DNA of 64,000 nucleotides, from assembly GCF_009914755.1 (NCBI RefSeq), contig NC_060933.1; one strand, given 5' to 3'. Source of the DNA: the human T2T-CHM13v2.0 reference genome, Homo sapiens. How positions within the stretch are numbered: position 1 is the stretch's first letter; each line of letters opens with the position of its first letter. Positions 26,889 through 40,879 of this stretch are shown in pieces. The position numbers were made by a program, and so were the translations under genes. The notes under the pieces were generated by a model that was not told the origin of the DNA, searched no databases, and saw nothing but the letters and a program-made list of their open reading frames with translations.

Positions 26889-26968
26889 CTGCTTGTAGGA
26901 TTATCTGTATTTTTTGACTGCTTGTAGGATTAACTGTATTTTTTGACTGCTTGTAGGATTATGTGTGT
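26887..26968. repeat. 29-bp tandem repeat, ~2.8 copies
   Basis: gactgcttgtaggatta(t/a)(c/g)tgt... starting at 26887, 26916 and 26945. Confidence 0.95.
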
Positions 26969-26971
26969 GTG

Positions 26972-27255
26972 TTTGAGACGGAATTTTGCTCTGTCACCCA
27001 GGCTGGAGTGCAGTGGCGCGATCTGGGCTCACTGCGACCCTCCGCCTCCCGGGTTCAAGCGATTCTCCTGTCTCAGCCTCCCGAGTAGTTGGGATTACAG
27101 GTGTGTGCCACTACGCCCGGCTAATCTTTTGCATTTTTAGTAGAGACGGGGTTTCACCATGTTGGCCAGGCTGGTCGCGAACTCCTGACCTCAGGTGATC
27201 TGCCTGCCTCAGCCTCCCAAAGTAGGATTACAGGCATGAGCCCCTGCGCCCGGCC
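26972..27255 (-). mobile_element. Full-length AluS with vestigial tail
   Basis: tttgagacgg...cctgcgcccggcc; target duplication gattatgtgt at 26957-26966 and 27256-27265. Confidence 0.97.
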
Positions 27256-27579
27256 GATTATGTGTATTTCTAATTCCCTTTCTTCTGGCCACACTAAGCA
27301 ATTGCATCAATTTAGAAATGTGAATTCAAAATGTTCTTATCAATATTTTCTTAAGTATTGTAAAATATTTTATGTTGTACCACTGTTAAATAATTTGATA
27401 TTTTTAAAGTGGAATATGTTTTTAATCTCTGGCATTTTTTCACTTAAAGAAGAAAAAAAATCTATGTTTGAAAATATAGATTGTTTAAAGTCACTTGCAA
27501 ATACCAATCTAGATGACATTAGAGAGCAAAACTCACTCTTTTGGGAAAGACACACTTTTTCAGCCCTAAATGACTGTAA

Positions 27580-27730
27580 TAAGTGGTTCTTAACTTTGAC
27601 CACAAATCAGGATAACCTGAACTCTATCTCCAGAAATTCTCATTTAGCAGACCAGGGTGGGGCTTGGGTAACTGTAAGCTTTGAAAGCTCTACAAGTGGT
27701 CTTATCGACTAGCTAGGGTTGAGAAATACT
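27580..27730. mobile_element. MER5-type DNA transposon fossil
   Basis: agtggttcttaactttg...ccagaaattctcatttagcagaccagggtggggc...gggtttgagaaatact. Confidence 0.7.
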
Positions 27731-28023
27731 TTTCCATTAGTTTCCAATGTTAGAGAAGTAGTTTTTATTTCTAGCTCTCTGCAAGTTTCTCTTAATTGGC
27801 CAATACCAACTTTGGTCCCTTCCACCTTTCAATTACCACTTGACAGTACATTTGACAGAAAAGGATGTCACTTAAAACCATTTTCTCTTTTCTTATACAG
27901 CTACTCTGGAAGAAAGCAATTGTCAGGTTGATCCTATATGCTGGTAATCATAAACAGCAAAATCTAAAGGGCAGCCCAAAGAATAAATATCTGCTGGGCA
28001 TTATCTCTTCTATGAGCATTTAG

Positions 28024-28325
28024 AGCTGCATTGTCCAATATGGCACCACTAGCTGTTGAGCAGTTGAAATGTGGCCAGTCCAAATTGACATGTTCTATAA
28101 GTGTAAAATGTACAATTGATTCTGAAGACTACCAAAAACCATTAACTATTTTATTAATAATTTCTATATTGCTTGCACATAAAAATAATATTTTAGATAT
28201 ATTGGATTAACTAAAATACATTTTAAAATTTTATCTATTTCTTTTTACTTTTTTTAATGCAGCTACTAAAAAGTTTTAAATTACATGTAACATTTGCATT
28301 CTATTCCATGGAACAGTGCCGATCT
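28024..28325. mobile_element. MER33/MER3 hAT-Charlie MITE
   Basis: ctgcattgtccaatatggca...gttgagcagttgaaatgtggccagtccaaattga...aagttttaaattacatg...ggaacagtgc. Confidence 0.85.
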
Positions 28326-28376
28326 AGAGATAATGTATGCGCACTGACACAAATTAAATTTGTTGTTTTCACATTA

Positions 28377-28863
28377 TGGTATTCCTCATTTGTCTGAGGG
28401 GGGATATATTCCAAGACCATCAGTGGATTTCTGAAACTTTGGATAGTAGTAAACCCTATATACAGTATGATTTTTCCTTATTGTAAGTCAAAACTTTTAC
28501 CCTTTTCACTTAAAGCACTTTATGGCTTCTTTTGGCATATGTAAATCGCCAGCAAATGCACTGGGGCCATTTTTAAATAAAAGAAGGGTGACTTGAACAC
28601 AAGCACTGTGATATCACAATAGTTGATATGATCACCAGGTTAGCTACTAAGTGACTAAGGGGAGGGCATCAACAGCACGGATACAGTGGACAAAGAGATG
28701 ATTCATGTCCCAGACGAGACAGAGCGGGATGACAAGAGATTTCAACACACTACTTAAACCTTATGAATTGTTCATTTATGGAATTTTTTATTTAATGTTT
28801 TTGGACCAAGGTTGACGACTGGTAACTGAAACCACAGAAGGCACAGATTGGGGCAGACTACTA
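28377..28863 (+). mobile_element. MER44 (B/C/D, Tigger7-related) TcMar transposon
   Basis: gggggatatattccaagacc...acttgaacacaagcactg...ggacaaagagatgattcatgtccc...ggtaactgaaaccacag...gactacta. Confidence 0.85.
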
Positions 28864-29089
28864 TATTGGAAATTAATTTAGGGATCCCAACTTATACAAT
28901 ATAATTAGAGACTTAACAGTAGATAGTTTAGTTTAACTTAATCTTAGGTTTTTTCATAGTGTACATGGAAATATCTCAGAGTATCTCTCAGGAATGCAAA
29001 AGTTTGTCCTGGGAAAAAAATTATAGTGGTTGCCATTCGTTTGATTTTCAAAAGTTTATTATGGAGTACTTTTTCACCCTTTTTTGTTG

Positions 29090-29530
29090 ACTGGATCATA
29101 CCAAAAATATGGTATCCAGTGCTGGGACCAAATTTTTAGAGGATATAGACTAGATGGAGCATATTCAGGGAAGAGCATAGTAAGAGAGCTGAGGTATCAC
29201 TACACAAGAGGCTATTGAAAGGACAAAGGACGGTCAGTGGAGAAGGAAAGATTCAAGGAGGCAATGCTGAGTAGCTTGCAAATGCTGGGGGGCCGTCAGG
29301 TGGAAGAGAGGTTACAGTTCTTCTATAGGTCTCAAGGAGTGAAGCTTCAACTAAAGGGTGGAGGTAGCTGGGAGAAATTTGGGGTCAGAAAAGGGAGAAT
29401 TTCTTATCAGAGCTTTCACTGTAAGAAATGGGCTGATTCTAAGGTAATGAGAATCTCATCAGTGGAAGTGATCAAGTGTTATTGGGTAATCATTTGGCAA
29501 GGATATGTTTTGTGGGGAGGATTTTCAGAA
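29090..29530 (+). mobile_element. L3/CR1 LINE 3' fragment (end of ORF2 and 3' UTR)
   Basis: Translation VEKERFKEAMLSSLQMLGGRQVEERLQFF aligns to the CR1 ORF2 C-terminus (LEKRRLRGDMIAVFKYLKGCHVEEGLDLF); downstream aaggtaatgag...catcagtggaagtgatcaag is typical of CR1. Confidence 0.8.
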
Positions 29531-29559
29531 TTTCATCTTATCATCTATAACATAATGAT

Positions 29560-29805
29560 TAAGAACACAGGCTCTGAAAACAGACAACCTGAGTTTGAAT
29601 CCTGGCCATGTACTTCCTGGCTTTCTGACTTTGAGCAAGTCAATAACTTCTCTCCACTTCCATTTCCTCCTTTGTGAAATGTGGAATATGATGATGGGAC
29701 TACATCTTAAGAGTGTTATGAGAGTTAAATATTAATATATTAATAAATAGAGCACTTTAAAAATGGCTAACATGTAATATGCACAACATAAGTGTTTAGC
29801 TATCA
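29560..29805 (+). mobile_element. MIR SINE
   Basis: ttaagaacacaggctctgaaaacagacaacctgagtttgaatcctggc...tgactttgagcaagtca. Confidence 0.88.
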
Positions 29806-29892
29806 ATAGTTCAACGTAGGGTCATGTTTCTATACTGAGCAAAAGGGCTTCTTTTGCTCAGTATAGAAAATGATATCATGTTTATAATATCA

Positions 29893-30435
29893 TTTATTTA
29901 TTCACTCATTCATTCCATAAACTAATATATTGAGCACATATCATGCACGGTGCACCCTTCTAGGCTCTCAGTATAAGGCGGTCAATGCAGAGAAGATTTC
30001 TGCCCTCACAGAGAGACAGGCAATAAAGATATAAAGACACAAAATAATAATAATAATAATAAGTGCTATGCCGTTAAAATAGGGCAATATAATGGAGAAA
30101 GACTGGCAGTCATGGAAGAACTGTCTGAAGATCTGAATCAAAGCGGGGACCTAAGTGAGAGAGCATTTCAGACAGGTGTTTTTGGTGGAAAGACCATGAG
30201 GAAGAAATAAACTTGGAATGTTCAAGTATCAGAAAGAAGGTCACTGTGGAGTTTAGGAAGCCATGGGAAGCTGACTTAGGGTGGATGCGTTCGGAGAGGG
30301 GAAGGAGCCTTGATAAAGAGTTTGGATTTTATTCTGAGAGCAGGGAGAAGCTGTTGGAGGATCTTACACAGAGGGGCACGGAGCAGAAGTGGAAGCAGGA
30401 AGACCAATTTTTGGTAGTCCTGGCGGGAGCAGATG
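29893..30435 (-). mobile_element. L2 3' fragment
   Basis: ttcactcattcattcc...tattgagcaca...ttctgccctcacagag...ttggaatgttcaag...gagtttggattttattctgag. Confidence 0.85.
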
Positions 30436-31129
30436 GGTTTTAACAATTATTTTTCTTCCTGAATCTGGAGCCACCAGATGAGACTTACATAGTTTGCCTC
30501 TTTTTTCATTTACATTTTGGTTCTGTTTCAGGAACCAAACATTTCATCTACTTACATATTTGAAAATTCAGAATCATAAATAAATATTAAGAATTCCTTG
30601 TAAGAATGCTCTTTTTACCAATAAGAATTTTGAGACCCGGAGTAGTAAAATTACTTCTCAAAGGCCATATTTTATCAGTAACAGAACTATAACCAGAATT
30701 GGCATCACATAACTTACCAGTGACTAACAGATTACCACTTATGTATCAAGCACTAAGGGTAGTATTCAACAGTGAGGTGAAATTTATGTCAAAAATGTGA
30801 TTTTTAAATGCAAGGAGTAAATGGATTCAAAGAGAAAGCACAAGTTCTATAAGCATGAACTTAAATGAATCACCCACTCTATCTTTGCAGGCCAATTTGT
30901 ACAACCACTAATTGATAGACCGTGTACCTGTTTGAAAAAATTATTTTGCACTTTCAATTATTTTACACCCTCTGTTTTAAGTATCAAGCAAATGACTTCA
31001 AAGAAAATTGGGATCTTATGATTTCCTACAAAAACCAGAGTAGGCTGAGCTATGGAGCCAATTTTAGTTTTCTTGACCCAGGCGTAAACAATATGCAACC
31101 ATCTAGAACTGACATGAAATGATCTGTAG

Positions 31130-31510
31130 CACTTTAGAACTTGAAGATCTCTTGGAAATCATCTAATTCAACAGTTCTCAATGAGTGACTCCCTGACCCA
31201 CAGCGTCAGCATCACCTGGGAAATTGTTAATTTCCAATTAACAGTTGGAGATCGCGAATTCTCAGGCCCCACCTGCTGAATCAGACCTTAGAGATGGAGT
31301 GCAACAATTGGTGCTTTAACAAGCCCTTTCGTTGGGAGATCTCAGTCCACACTTAAGTTTGACAACCACTGATTTACTCCAAACTCTTGATTGCACAGGT
31401 GAGATAAATGAGAACCAGAAAAGTAAAGTGATTTGCTTGGGGTGATCCAGCTTAGCATCAAAATCAGGACCAGAATCTGGGCCTCCTGACTCCTAGTGCC
31501 ATGTATTTGC
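31130..31510 (-). mobile_element. MIR (MIRc/MIR3-like) interrupted by MER5A
   Basis: ttagaacttgaagatctcttggaaatcatcta...[MER5A]...caggtgagataaatgagaaccagaaaagtaaagtgatttgc...tctgggcctcctgactcc. Confidence 0.75.
31170..31372. mobile_element. MER5A nested in a MIR
   Basis: cagttctcaa...cagcatcacctgggaa...aattctcaggccccacctgctgaatcagac...tttaacaagccct...aagtttgacaaccactg. Confidence 0.85.
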
Positions 31511-34199
31511 ATCTTGAACTGGACTTCCTTCCCTTCTCTGCAATTGCAACCTGAGAAGCCCAGGTTAGGTCCAATCATCATTGCTTTTTGTCTGTGCCCT
31601 CCTATCCTACATCAGGGAAAGATATGCTTCACCGAAGCACCTGGGCTCTTTCATTTCATTTTGGACAGTTGCAGGAGTTTGTTATTTAAAAGCTGCATAA
31701 ATAATGAGCAGACACAGTCAGCCCTGTTTAGCCATGGCTAAACCTTAGAAGGGAGTGTAGAACAACCCAAAGTCCAGCCTCTTCCAGATGCAATTTGAAT
31801 AACTTAAAAAAAAAAAGAATAGAAGGTCACTATCTATCTTCACAAGCATTTATCTGATCATAGCTTCAATACAAGCTTTCTGTTTGTTTGTTTGTTGAGG
31901 ACTGAATTAATACAAAGGTCTCAGTTAAAGTAGAAAGATAGTTGAAATACTAGCCTGAAAATTCAGATGACCAATGAATATTTGGCAGCGCCAGGCCACA
32001 GCAGTGTGCCCCCTGCTTTCTCTGCTAGTAAGATGGCATTAAGAATTCAGTCCCCACTAAAAAGATATCTTGTCATCCTAGAACATGAGCCAGCATCTCC
32101 TTTCTATAGTTGTAAATATAGCCAAATACGATACAGTTACCCCAGTGGTTGGGTGGTGTTTCTCTCAATCAGAATGTGTCTGTGTACAGAAGAGGAGAGC
32201 AAAAAAAAGACCTAGAGAGAAACGTGGGCGCAGAAGCAAAATCAACACTGGGAATTGGCTATCTGAGGAGATCAGTCATTAAAACTAGGCACATGCTAAT
32301 TGCATGGCCTGGCCCCCATTTTTCTCCCTCACAGCCCCCTCTCAATTCAGTTCATTCTCCTAAGCACTGAGGCTACAGCCTGGCTGGCCTCTTATGTAAG
32401 TCTGAAATCAGATCTGGCATGCGGTTTGTTTTAGCCTGTCACAGACGCAGGGCACTGTGTTGCCCTCGACAAGGCTGTTCAGCATAGCATATGACTGTAA
32501 ATCTTCTTTTTCATGTACCACAGTGGGGACCTTTGTCCTAGCAGTGATTTAGCAGCTTTTATTAGCCTGAGAAGCAGCCAGTAATCAGGAGACATTTAAA
32601 GTGGAAGCTTGCTCATTTCGATGGAGAAGAATCCAGAAACCAACGGCTCTTTGAAAATTACTTTTGATGGGAGAGAAATAAAACCTTAATACATATAAGT
32701 ATATGGTATGTTTCCATTTTAAATTTATTATTGCTCAAACAAATCTATACATAATTCAGCAAAGACTCAAAGTCACATATCTTTAAAACTTTGCATTCAT
32801 CAAGTCATGAAGCTCAAGGGTTTATTTAACTCTGAGTTTTCAGAAGTATGCATCTTGAAAGAACGTAGGTCTTGGATGGCAGCTCCCTGTATGTTATTCA
32901 GATCCTGGAGTGTCCACAGCTTTTAAATTCACTGTAATTCCAATTAGAGCTTGGGCTCAGGGGTTGGCAGCAGCTGCAAATAAGAACTAATAATGTTTCA
33001 TTCCACTGCTTATGTATTCTGCAAATGCGTTCTTGACATGGTAGTTTGCATATGATGTCAGCGTGGGAAAATAAGAAGGTATTAGCATCTGTAAGCCCAG
33101 CAGAAATTTCTCAGAGAAGTCACTTCTCAAGTTCATACAGCTGATTCCACAATTTAGGCAGTGTTCACATTTTTAAAATATATTTTGGTGATTTTTTAAA
33201 ATTAATTGAGTCATAAAATATCGATGGTTCTTTATTTGCATGTATTTGCAAAGTTTAAATTCACTTTTTCTGAGATCAAGTTTTCTATTGCAAATTGTTG
33301 ACGTCGTTACTTTCTGCCTTTGTAATTTTGATGCTGATATAACATAATTATTGTTAGAAATTTAAACATTTATGTATAGCCATCAATGTGAAGGCTAGTG
33401 GTTGAAATAACTTCTGTAAGTCCTTGGAACTATTTGTGGGAAGACGGAAGCATTATATGAATCCAGTTCATTTATATATTATACTTATTACTGAGATACG
33501 TTATTGTAGAAACACAAGGGCCTCTGCTGTAGGTCGTAGGACCCTCTGGGATGGTGAAAGAGTGTCATATGACACTAAAAGAGTAAAATGAGCCTTTCAA
33601 AAGGAACTCTTGCTTTTAAAATGTGGCATAAATGATCTTATCTCTACAGCAAGGAGTTTGATCCTGATTCACAAAGAGCTGGAGTTATGCAGCCAAAGAA
33701 AAGTGGAGCCCTGTCCATTTATCTGAGGATTTGGGGACCATCCACAGCGACCAGGCAGATTGTTCAGGAAACAAAGCCCACCCTTCCCTGCATTATCTGA
33801 TGGCATAGATGGTCTTATATTTCCCAGATAATTGCACCACACACTGTTTTACTTTGCTGGGTCATAGCAATTGGCTGATCTGCCATGAGATAAATGGCAA
33901 CAACAACAAAAAAAATTCACCAGGAAAGTCATTCCTTTAAAAGTATTTACCTATATGCTGTAGTGGGTGCTTTGTGTGCTGGGGAGCAGGCAGCCAGGAT
34001 GGGGGCGGTAGGAAATGAGTAATGATCTGATAATGGAGCTGAATGGGGCCATAGAAATATTTTCACACCATCCTGCTATTGCTACAATAGCTGAAACCCA
34101 GAAATTTTGTGGCTTTCTTCACAGTCAAATGATGTGTTAATGTCAATAGATTCTGGATGTCTTGACTCATTTCTTGATAATTTTTTTTTCTGCTCTGAC

Positions 34200-34800
34200 T
34201 ATACTATCGTATGGTAGATATGTCCTTGCCTATTTCGTATTCATTTCCCCCTTTTTTCTACCCACTAGTACCTCCCCTCCCAGCTGTTCTTCCAGGAGCA
34301 AACTCTTTCCCCATGTAGCTCATAAGACACGGGTGAAGTTGATCCTATTCTCATCCCCATTATCAGATTGAATCAGTCTAAATGAATCAAGGTGACCTCT
34401 TCCCCTTTGCCTGGGATTGCTCTGGGAAACAGGCTTAAGCCAGTCATCACATGGCATTCTCTAACATCGTTGTTGGCTCAAATAAATAGATGAGAAAACT
34501 ACTATTCTATACTTGAGACAGAGCTACTCCTGCCCCTCCACAGACACGAATGAGGAGGCAGGTAACCCCAGTTGCTGCTGGCAAACATCTGGAACCATGC
34601 AGAAAGCCAGCATGAGGAGCAAGCCTTACACACAGAGGAGAATAGTGCCAAGAGAACAATCTGAACCTTAATGGTATTGAACCTTGAGCTTTTCCTATCT
34701 CTGGATATTTTAAGGGAATTAATAAATTCTTTAATTGTTTCAGCCAATTTGAGTCAGGAGTTCTGTGACTTGTGGTTGGAACATCCAACCTCATGCACAC
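34200..34800 (+). mobile_element. MLT1 (K/L-like) MaLR solo LTR
   Basis: ctaagccagtcat-like start, ttgctgctggcaaacatctggaacca, aataaattctttaattgtttcagccaatttgagtcaggagttctgtgacttg 3' end. Confidence 0.75.
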
Positions 34801-35747
34801 TAATATAATCAGGTATGCAAATATACCAATACTTATGATTTGGACTAAGGAAATGGTTTTGCTTTTACAGAAGATCCCACTATCATTGTTAACATGGCTT
34901 TCTGCAACTTTGGCCTTAATTACGTAACGGCCGAGGACTCTTTATAATATCCCTCGCAACTCAAGTAACCAGGACAAACTTATTAGGGCCTCAGCACACA
35001 AATTGCAACAAGCAGAAGCATAGAGAGTAAAGTTCTGTCTTGTTCCTTTTTTTTGGTTTTGCTTTTGATTTCCTAACAAGGAGGAAACATTATGTTTGAT
35101 TTCTTTCTGGTTGCTCTTATGAGGCACATTTATTGGTTCATGTTGTGTTTTTCTCTAAGTTTTAAGTTTATACAACTTAAGATACGACAACCAATTACTG
35201 TATAAAATTTAGAAAATATTTAAACAACAAGAAAATAAGAATGGCCTGTCATAGTCCTACCCTCCGGAGCAAACAATTATTAGCAGATATTTACATATGC
35301 TTCATTATGTATATATTTTCATTAATATTTACTTTATGTAAATATTGCTATTTTTAAAACTACTATATTTTTCCCATACTGTGAACATCTTGATTAATGT
35401 TATATTCCATTTGAATTCTCACAGCCCTCAGAGCTACCCTTCCTTTTGCAGCTGCTCCTCAAATAGCTGCATCCAGCCTGTGTGCCTACGGTTTGAAAGG
35501 ATATTCAGTTGAGCTCGAGCAGGATGGGTGACTGTCAGAGCTGGAGACTGTTATTATTAATCATTCAGAATCTGTCGTCCTTGTGTGGGCACTTCTTTGA
35601 GATAGGCCTATTACTTCTGCCAGTTTTCCCTCTTTCACTACCTTTTTAACTTAGTTCTCCTTCCCATTTTAAGCCTATATTAAACAGACACATATGTTGA
35701 CTTCAGAACTTAAATGAATGGAAGATTCACTTGTTATCATAAACTGC

Positions 35748-36040
35748 ATCCATTCATTTGCCCGTTCATCTAACTCATATTTATTGAACACCCTTGCATG
35801 GGTTGAGTGGATCACAGTACCTGACTTTCAGAATTTCCAGTGTATTTAGAGAGACAGAACTTTAAAAATATCACAGCAATGCAATGTAAGAAGAATAAGG
35901 ACAAAGTGCTGAGAAGAGATAGAGGGAGAAACAATATCACAGCAATGCAATGTAAGAAGAATAAGGACAAAGTGCTGAGAAGAGATAGAGGGAGAAACAA
36001 TGAGAATCTGCAAGCCCCGCTTGTGTTCAGGAGCTTTGCA
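35748..36040 (-). mobile_element. L2 3' fragment containing a 66-bp tandem duplication
   Basis: tcatatttattgaacacc...ccctgactttcagaatttccagtgtatt...aagtgctgagaagag. Confidence 0.65.
35867..36001. repeat. Perfect 66-bp tandem duplication
   Basis: aatatcacagcaatgcaatgtaagaagaataaggacaaagtgctgagaagagatagagggagaaac at 35867 and 35933, followed by aat. Confidence 0.98.
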
Positions 36041-36944
36041 ATCTGTATAATGTCATTTTACATAAGCCTTAAGACTGGTTATTTGCCAGTTATCCTGGGA
36101 CTTTAGCTGTAGAAAGGATCTGAGTACTTGAGTGCTATATTAAATATCCCCCTTGAAGAGAGTCTATTAAAAGCAGACACATGTAAGTGGTCATTGCTAC
36201 CAACAATTATGAAAAGAAAATTCTAGGGAGAGTGTAACTGACCCATTTAATTAAGACTTTAGTCTCTTGGATTGGAGCATGGTTGTCCACTTTAAAATGT
36301 TGTATTTGGTGGCCATATTTTCCAAACTCCGTGCATACGATTTGATAACCACCATGGGCCCAGGGCAAGAGGCAAAATATATAAAATTACTACTGTTTCG
36401 AAAAATCCAAGGCACCAGATCTCTGTAAACAATATTTCCCAATATTTCCTTGTAGATTTGTGTCTTTTTAACAAATCATTTTATTTACCATATATACCAG
36501 AATGCCAGGCTTCTAAAACCCCGGAAGAGGTAGAGTGAATCATTATACCTTGCCTCCCAAGCTCCAAGGTACAGAAATTAATGGAAGGCAGACACGTTTG
36601 ACCTAGCTGCTCCTGCCAGAATATGAAAATGAGACTGGTATTGCGTGGAGTTACTGGATGACAACTCCCTCGACCCAGACCCATGAAACCCATTTCATAT
36701 AACCTTAGCTACCATGATTCCTTGCATGTTTTTAAGTCTTGGTAAGCTGTTTTTCTTTTTAATATAGCTATGGTTTCACCTTTGACTTTGCACATTATTG
36801 ATAGAGCTAAAAACCTGATGAAATTTAAAAACAAATCCAGATATTTCAGACTGGATTTTTATACACAAAGACAGGACCTTTGGACTTTAAAGATCACTCA
36901 GGCTAGACAGGATAATAATAGTAATATTCTGGTTTTCTATGACA

Positions 36945-37085
36945 TTTTCCTACCAAAGAGATGAATGCACCTTGATAGCAATATTGAAATATTCATAACC
37001 TTCTCATACAGTAGATGTAATACTGTTATCCTCCCTTGTTTATGAAAAAAACAAGGCCTGCTTCTTTTGAAGGCATTGTTCAAGG
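36945..37085 (-). mobile_element. MIR fragment
   Basis: tcataaccttctcatacagtagatgtaatactgttatcctcc...ttgttcaaggtcatatag. Confidence 0.55.
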
Positions 37086-38804
37086 TCATATAGAAGGTAG
37101 TTGAGTTAGGACTCTCAGGATATTTCAAGCAAGGACAGTAAGGAAAGATCTAAGAATTCCACATAAATGTCATATGACCACATTGCAAACCATTTGCAAA
37201 ATGTCATTTGAATGTATTAATATTGAATAGTCATATGGAATGAATCCTGCTTGAAATTCATGTCTCAAAAAACTAAAGCAAAGCTATTCAGAAAATGCCA
37301 AGAGAATTGGAGCATTTGTTTCCTCTACGGTTTACCCATTTCTATTCACTATTCTTCAGTGACATGTGAGAACCTTAAGGTTCTCATACAATACGTCGTT
37401 TAGGAGTAAGAATCCATCTCTAGAAGCATCCTTTGGGTGTTTACCATACAGCTTAGTCTACAGAGTTCATGTTGCAAGTCACGACTTGAAATGCAAAATG
37501 TTTTTAATTTATTGTGTGCTTGTCAGTGTGGCTTAATGAAAGTACTCAGAATTCGAAGTAGGGTGGCGGAAGGCTCAATATGCCACATCCCTTAAATTCT
37601 CTAGCAATGTAAGAACACATCCACATAAAGTGTATTAAAGAGCGCTGTATCTCCATCTACGAACAATCATCTCCAACTCTAAACCAGGTTATTGAACTGA
37701 AAACATCAGGGAAAATGGCATGAGCAGGGTTGCTTTTTCATAGATCTAAGAAAATACATATATTCTCAGAAGTTTTTAGATTTGGTAGAAACATTTGATA
37801 TCTTTCCAAAGAGAGACCAAAAGTGGTTGGGTTAAATTTTAAGGCAGATTCCAAAGATCTTAGTCATTCTTTTGAAATTTTTCTGATAAATTTGTCTAAT
37901 AATAATTTATATAATAAAATAATAAATTTATATAATAATAAACCTAAACCTATTTCAGTATTGATAAATGGTACGTGATTATCACAGTTTATTTGTAGTT
38001 TCATAATTACTTGCCCTCACTAAAAATCAAAAGTAAAACACATAAATGGTTCTTTCCTACAACGACGTGGGTTTCTGTTTCTCTTACATAGTCCAGTTAC
38101 AGCCTGGGAATGTATACTGTTTGCCTTCATTCTATCTGAAAATACATTGGTTATCAGGATTAAGCCTTGAAATCCAGTATGAGACTGTAGTCTTAGCTTT
38201 CATTCTATAGTGTGGGTAAGAAGCAGTTATTCCTCCCAGCTCCTGAGTCAAATGAAAGATGATGTTGCTGCCAATAGATTCAACTTCCCTTCCATTCTTC
38301 TTTAAGAGAGTAAGCCACACTCTTCTACATACTCCCAGTGAATTGAATGAGAAGAAGAAATATTAGAATCAAATTATAGGAGTGGAAATCTCCAACTTCC
38401 TGAGAGGTCTTCATTGAGTCTCTCCCCGAGATGTGAGGAATAGACTATTTCAGCTCATTAAATAATCATCGCTGCATTCTATGTTTCTCTGGTTCTTGTT
38501 CTAAATGTCAATCAAAAAGAGGAGTGAAATATCAGGAGAAATAGTTAATAAAGAAATACATTCCCCTGAAAGGTACTAAAGTAAATATCTTATTTTTTTA
38601 TAAATAACATAAGCCTATACAATCATGTTTTGACATCTGTCTCTAAGTACCAACTAAATGAAGATGAGTTTAAGATTTCAAATCTTTTATTTCTAGTATA
38701 AAATAACATTTTAGGACTTAATGTGCCATGTTCATCCACAAAATTGGAAACATTCAAACTAGAATTGTGATAGTTTTATTGGGATGAATGAGTCCTCAGT
38801 AATA

Positions 38805-39350
38805 TTTTATTTTTTATTTTGAAATACCATAATTTTAGACTTATAGGAAGGTGCAAAAATAGTACAGAGAGTTCACACACAGCCTTTACCCAACTTTCCC
38901 TAATGTTAAAAATTTACATAACCAGAATACTGTGATCAAAACCAGGAAATTAACATTGGTACAATACTACTAATTAAATAAAAAACATTTTTCAAATTTC
39001 ACCAGTTTTTGCTCTAATGTCATTTTTCTCTTCCAGGATCCAATCCAGAATTCCATGTGCATTTAGTTGATGATGTGTTTCTCTAATCTATGAGAATCTC
39101 TCAGTCTTTCTTGTCTCTCATGACCTTAGCACTTTTGATGAGTACTGGCCAGGTATTATGTAGAATGTCACTCCACTCAATTTGGGTTTGTCTGATATCT
39201 TCATGAGTAGATTGTTTATCTGCATTTTTGGCCAGAATATCATAAAAACATTGTATCCCTTTCAGTGTGCTATATCAGAGGATGGTGCATGTTGTCAGTA
39301 CGTCATATTGCTGATGGTGTTTAATTAGATCATTTGCTTAAGGTGGGGTC
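38805..39350 (-). mobile_element. L1MC/MD-type 3' end
   Basis: ttttgaaata...tttagacttataggaaggtgcaaaaatagtacagagagttc...aaccaggaaattaacattggtacaatacta...ccaggatccaatccag. Confidence 0.85.
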
Positions 39351-39989
39351 TTGCAAATCACTAGTAATCTTGACTTTGCTACCCTTGAACCCTTGAAAAC
39401 TTCTATACTCAAATGCTGTATGTATTTCAGTCTACTTTCTTATTGTACACTCAGTTATATGTCAGATGTAACTCCGTATCTAACCTATAAGGATATGCTC
39501 AAATATTATTCTTGGTATCTCAAAGTTAGATCCAATGGAGTAGGAATTCAAATAAAATACTTTATAATGTACTGTGATTCCTGCAATCTTCTCTGTGTGT
39601 ATGTATGAATAAATTGTTGTATCTGTAATATGTATTACTGCAATGCATTTTATACCAAGGATATCAAGAAATTTATACATTTTCATTTGTTTGGGAATCT
39701 CATCTGAGACCAGAGGTGGAGCTCTGAATGCTTTGGGAGGCACTCCAATCACTGTCTTGCTAGTTTGCCTCTTCTTAGACCTGATGTACTAGGAAGCTGA
39801 CATTTTTTTCTCCCTACTCCTTCACCATGACCCAGTGTTGGCTCATGTATCTCTGAAGCAATAAAGGAGTTGAATGGTGGGATCATCATTTCTTAACAAA
39901 CATCAGTCAACATGGACACTGGAATCCATGTCAGTGAGGAACTTAGCAAGAATGAGAGCACACAACTAGGATTTTTGAAAACTCTTTTT

Positions 39990-40870
<881 letters not shown>

Positions 40871-40879
40871 GATGTGTCT

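Noticed and set aside
26887-26968. 29-bp repeats as a CRISPR-like array
   Set aside because: Tandem copies without spacers, in a primate genome; explained by Alu target-site sequence
27236-27712. Longest ORF in the window (158 aa)
   Set aside because: Starts in an Alu, ends in MER5, and has an AT-rich composition with no recognisable domain or splice context
29237-29677. 146-aa ORF
   Set aside because: Decayed CR1 ORF2 end reading through into a MIR
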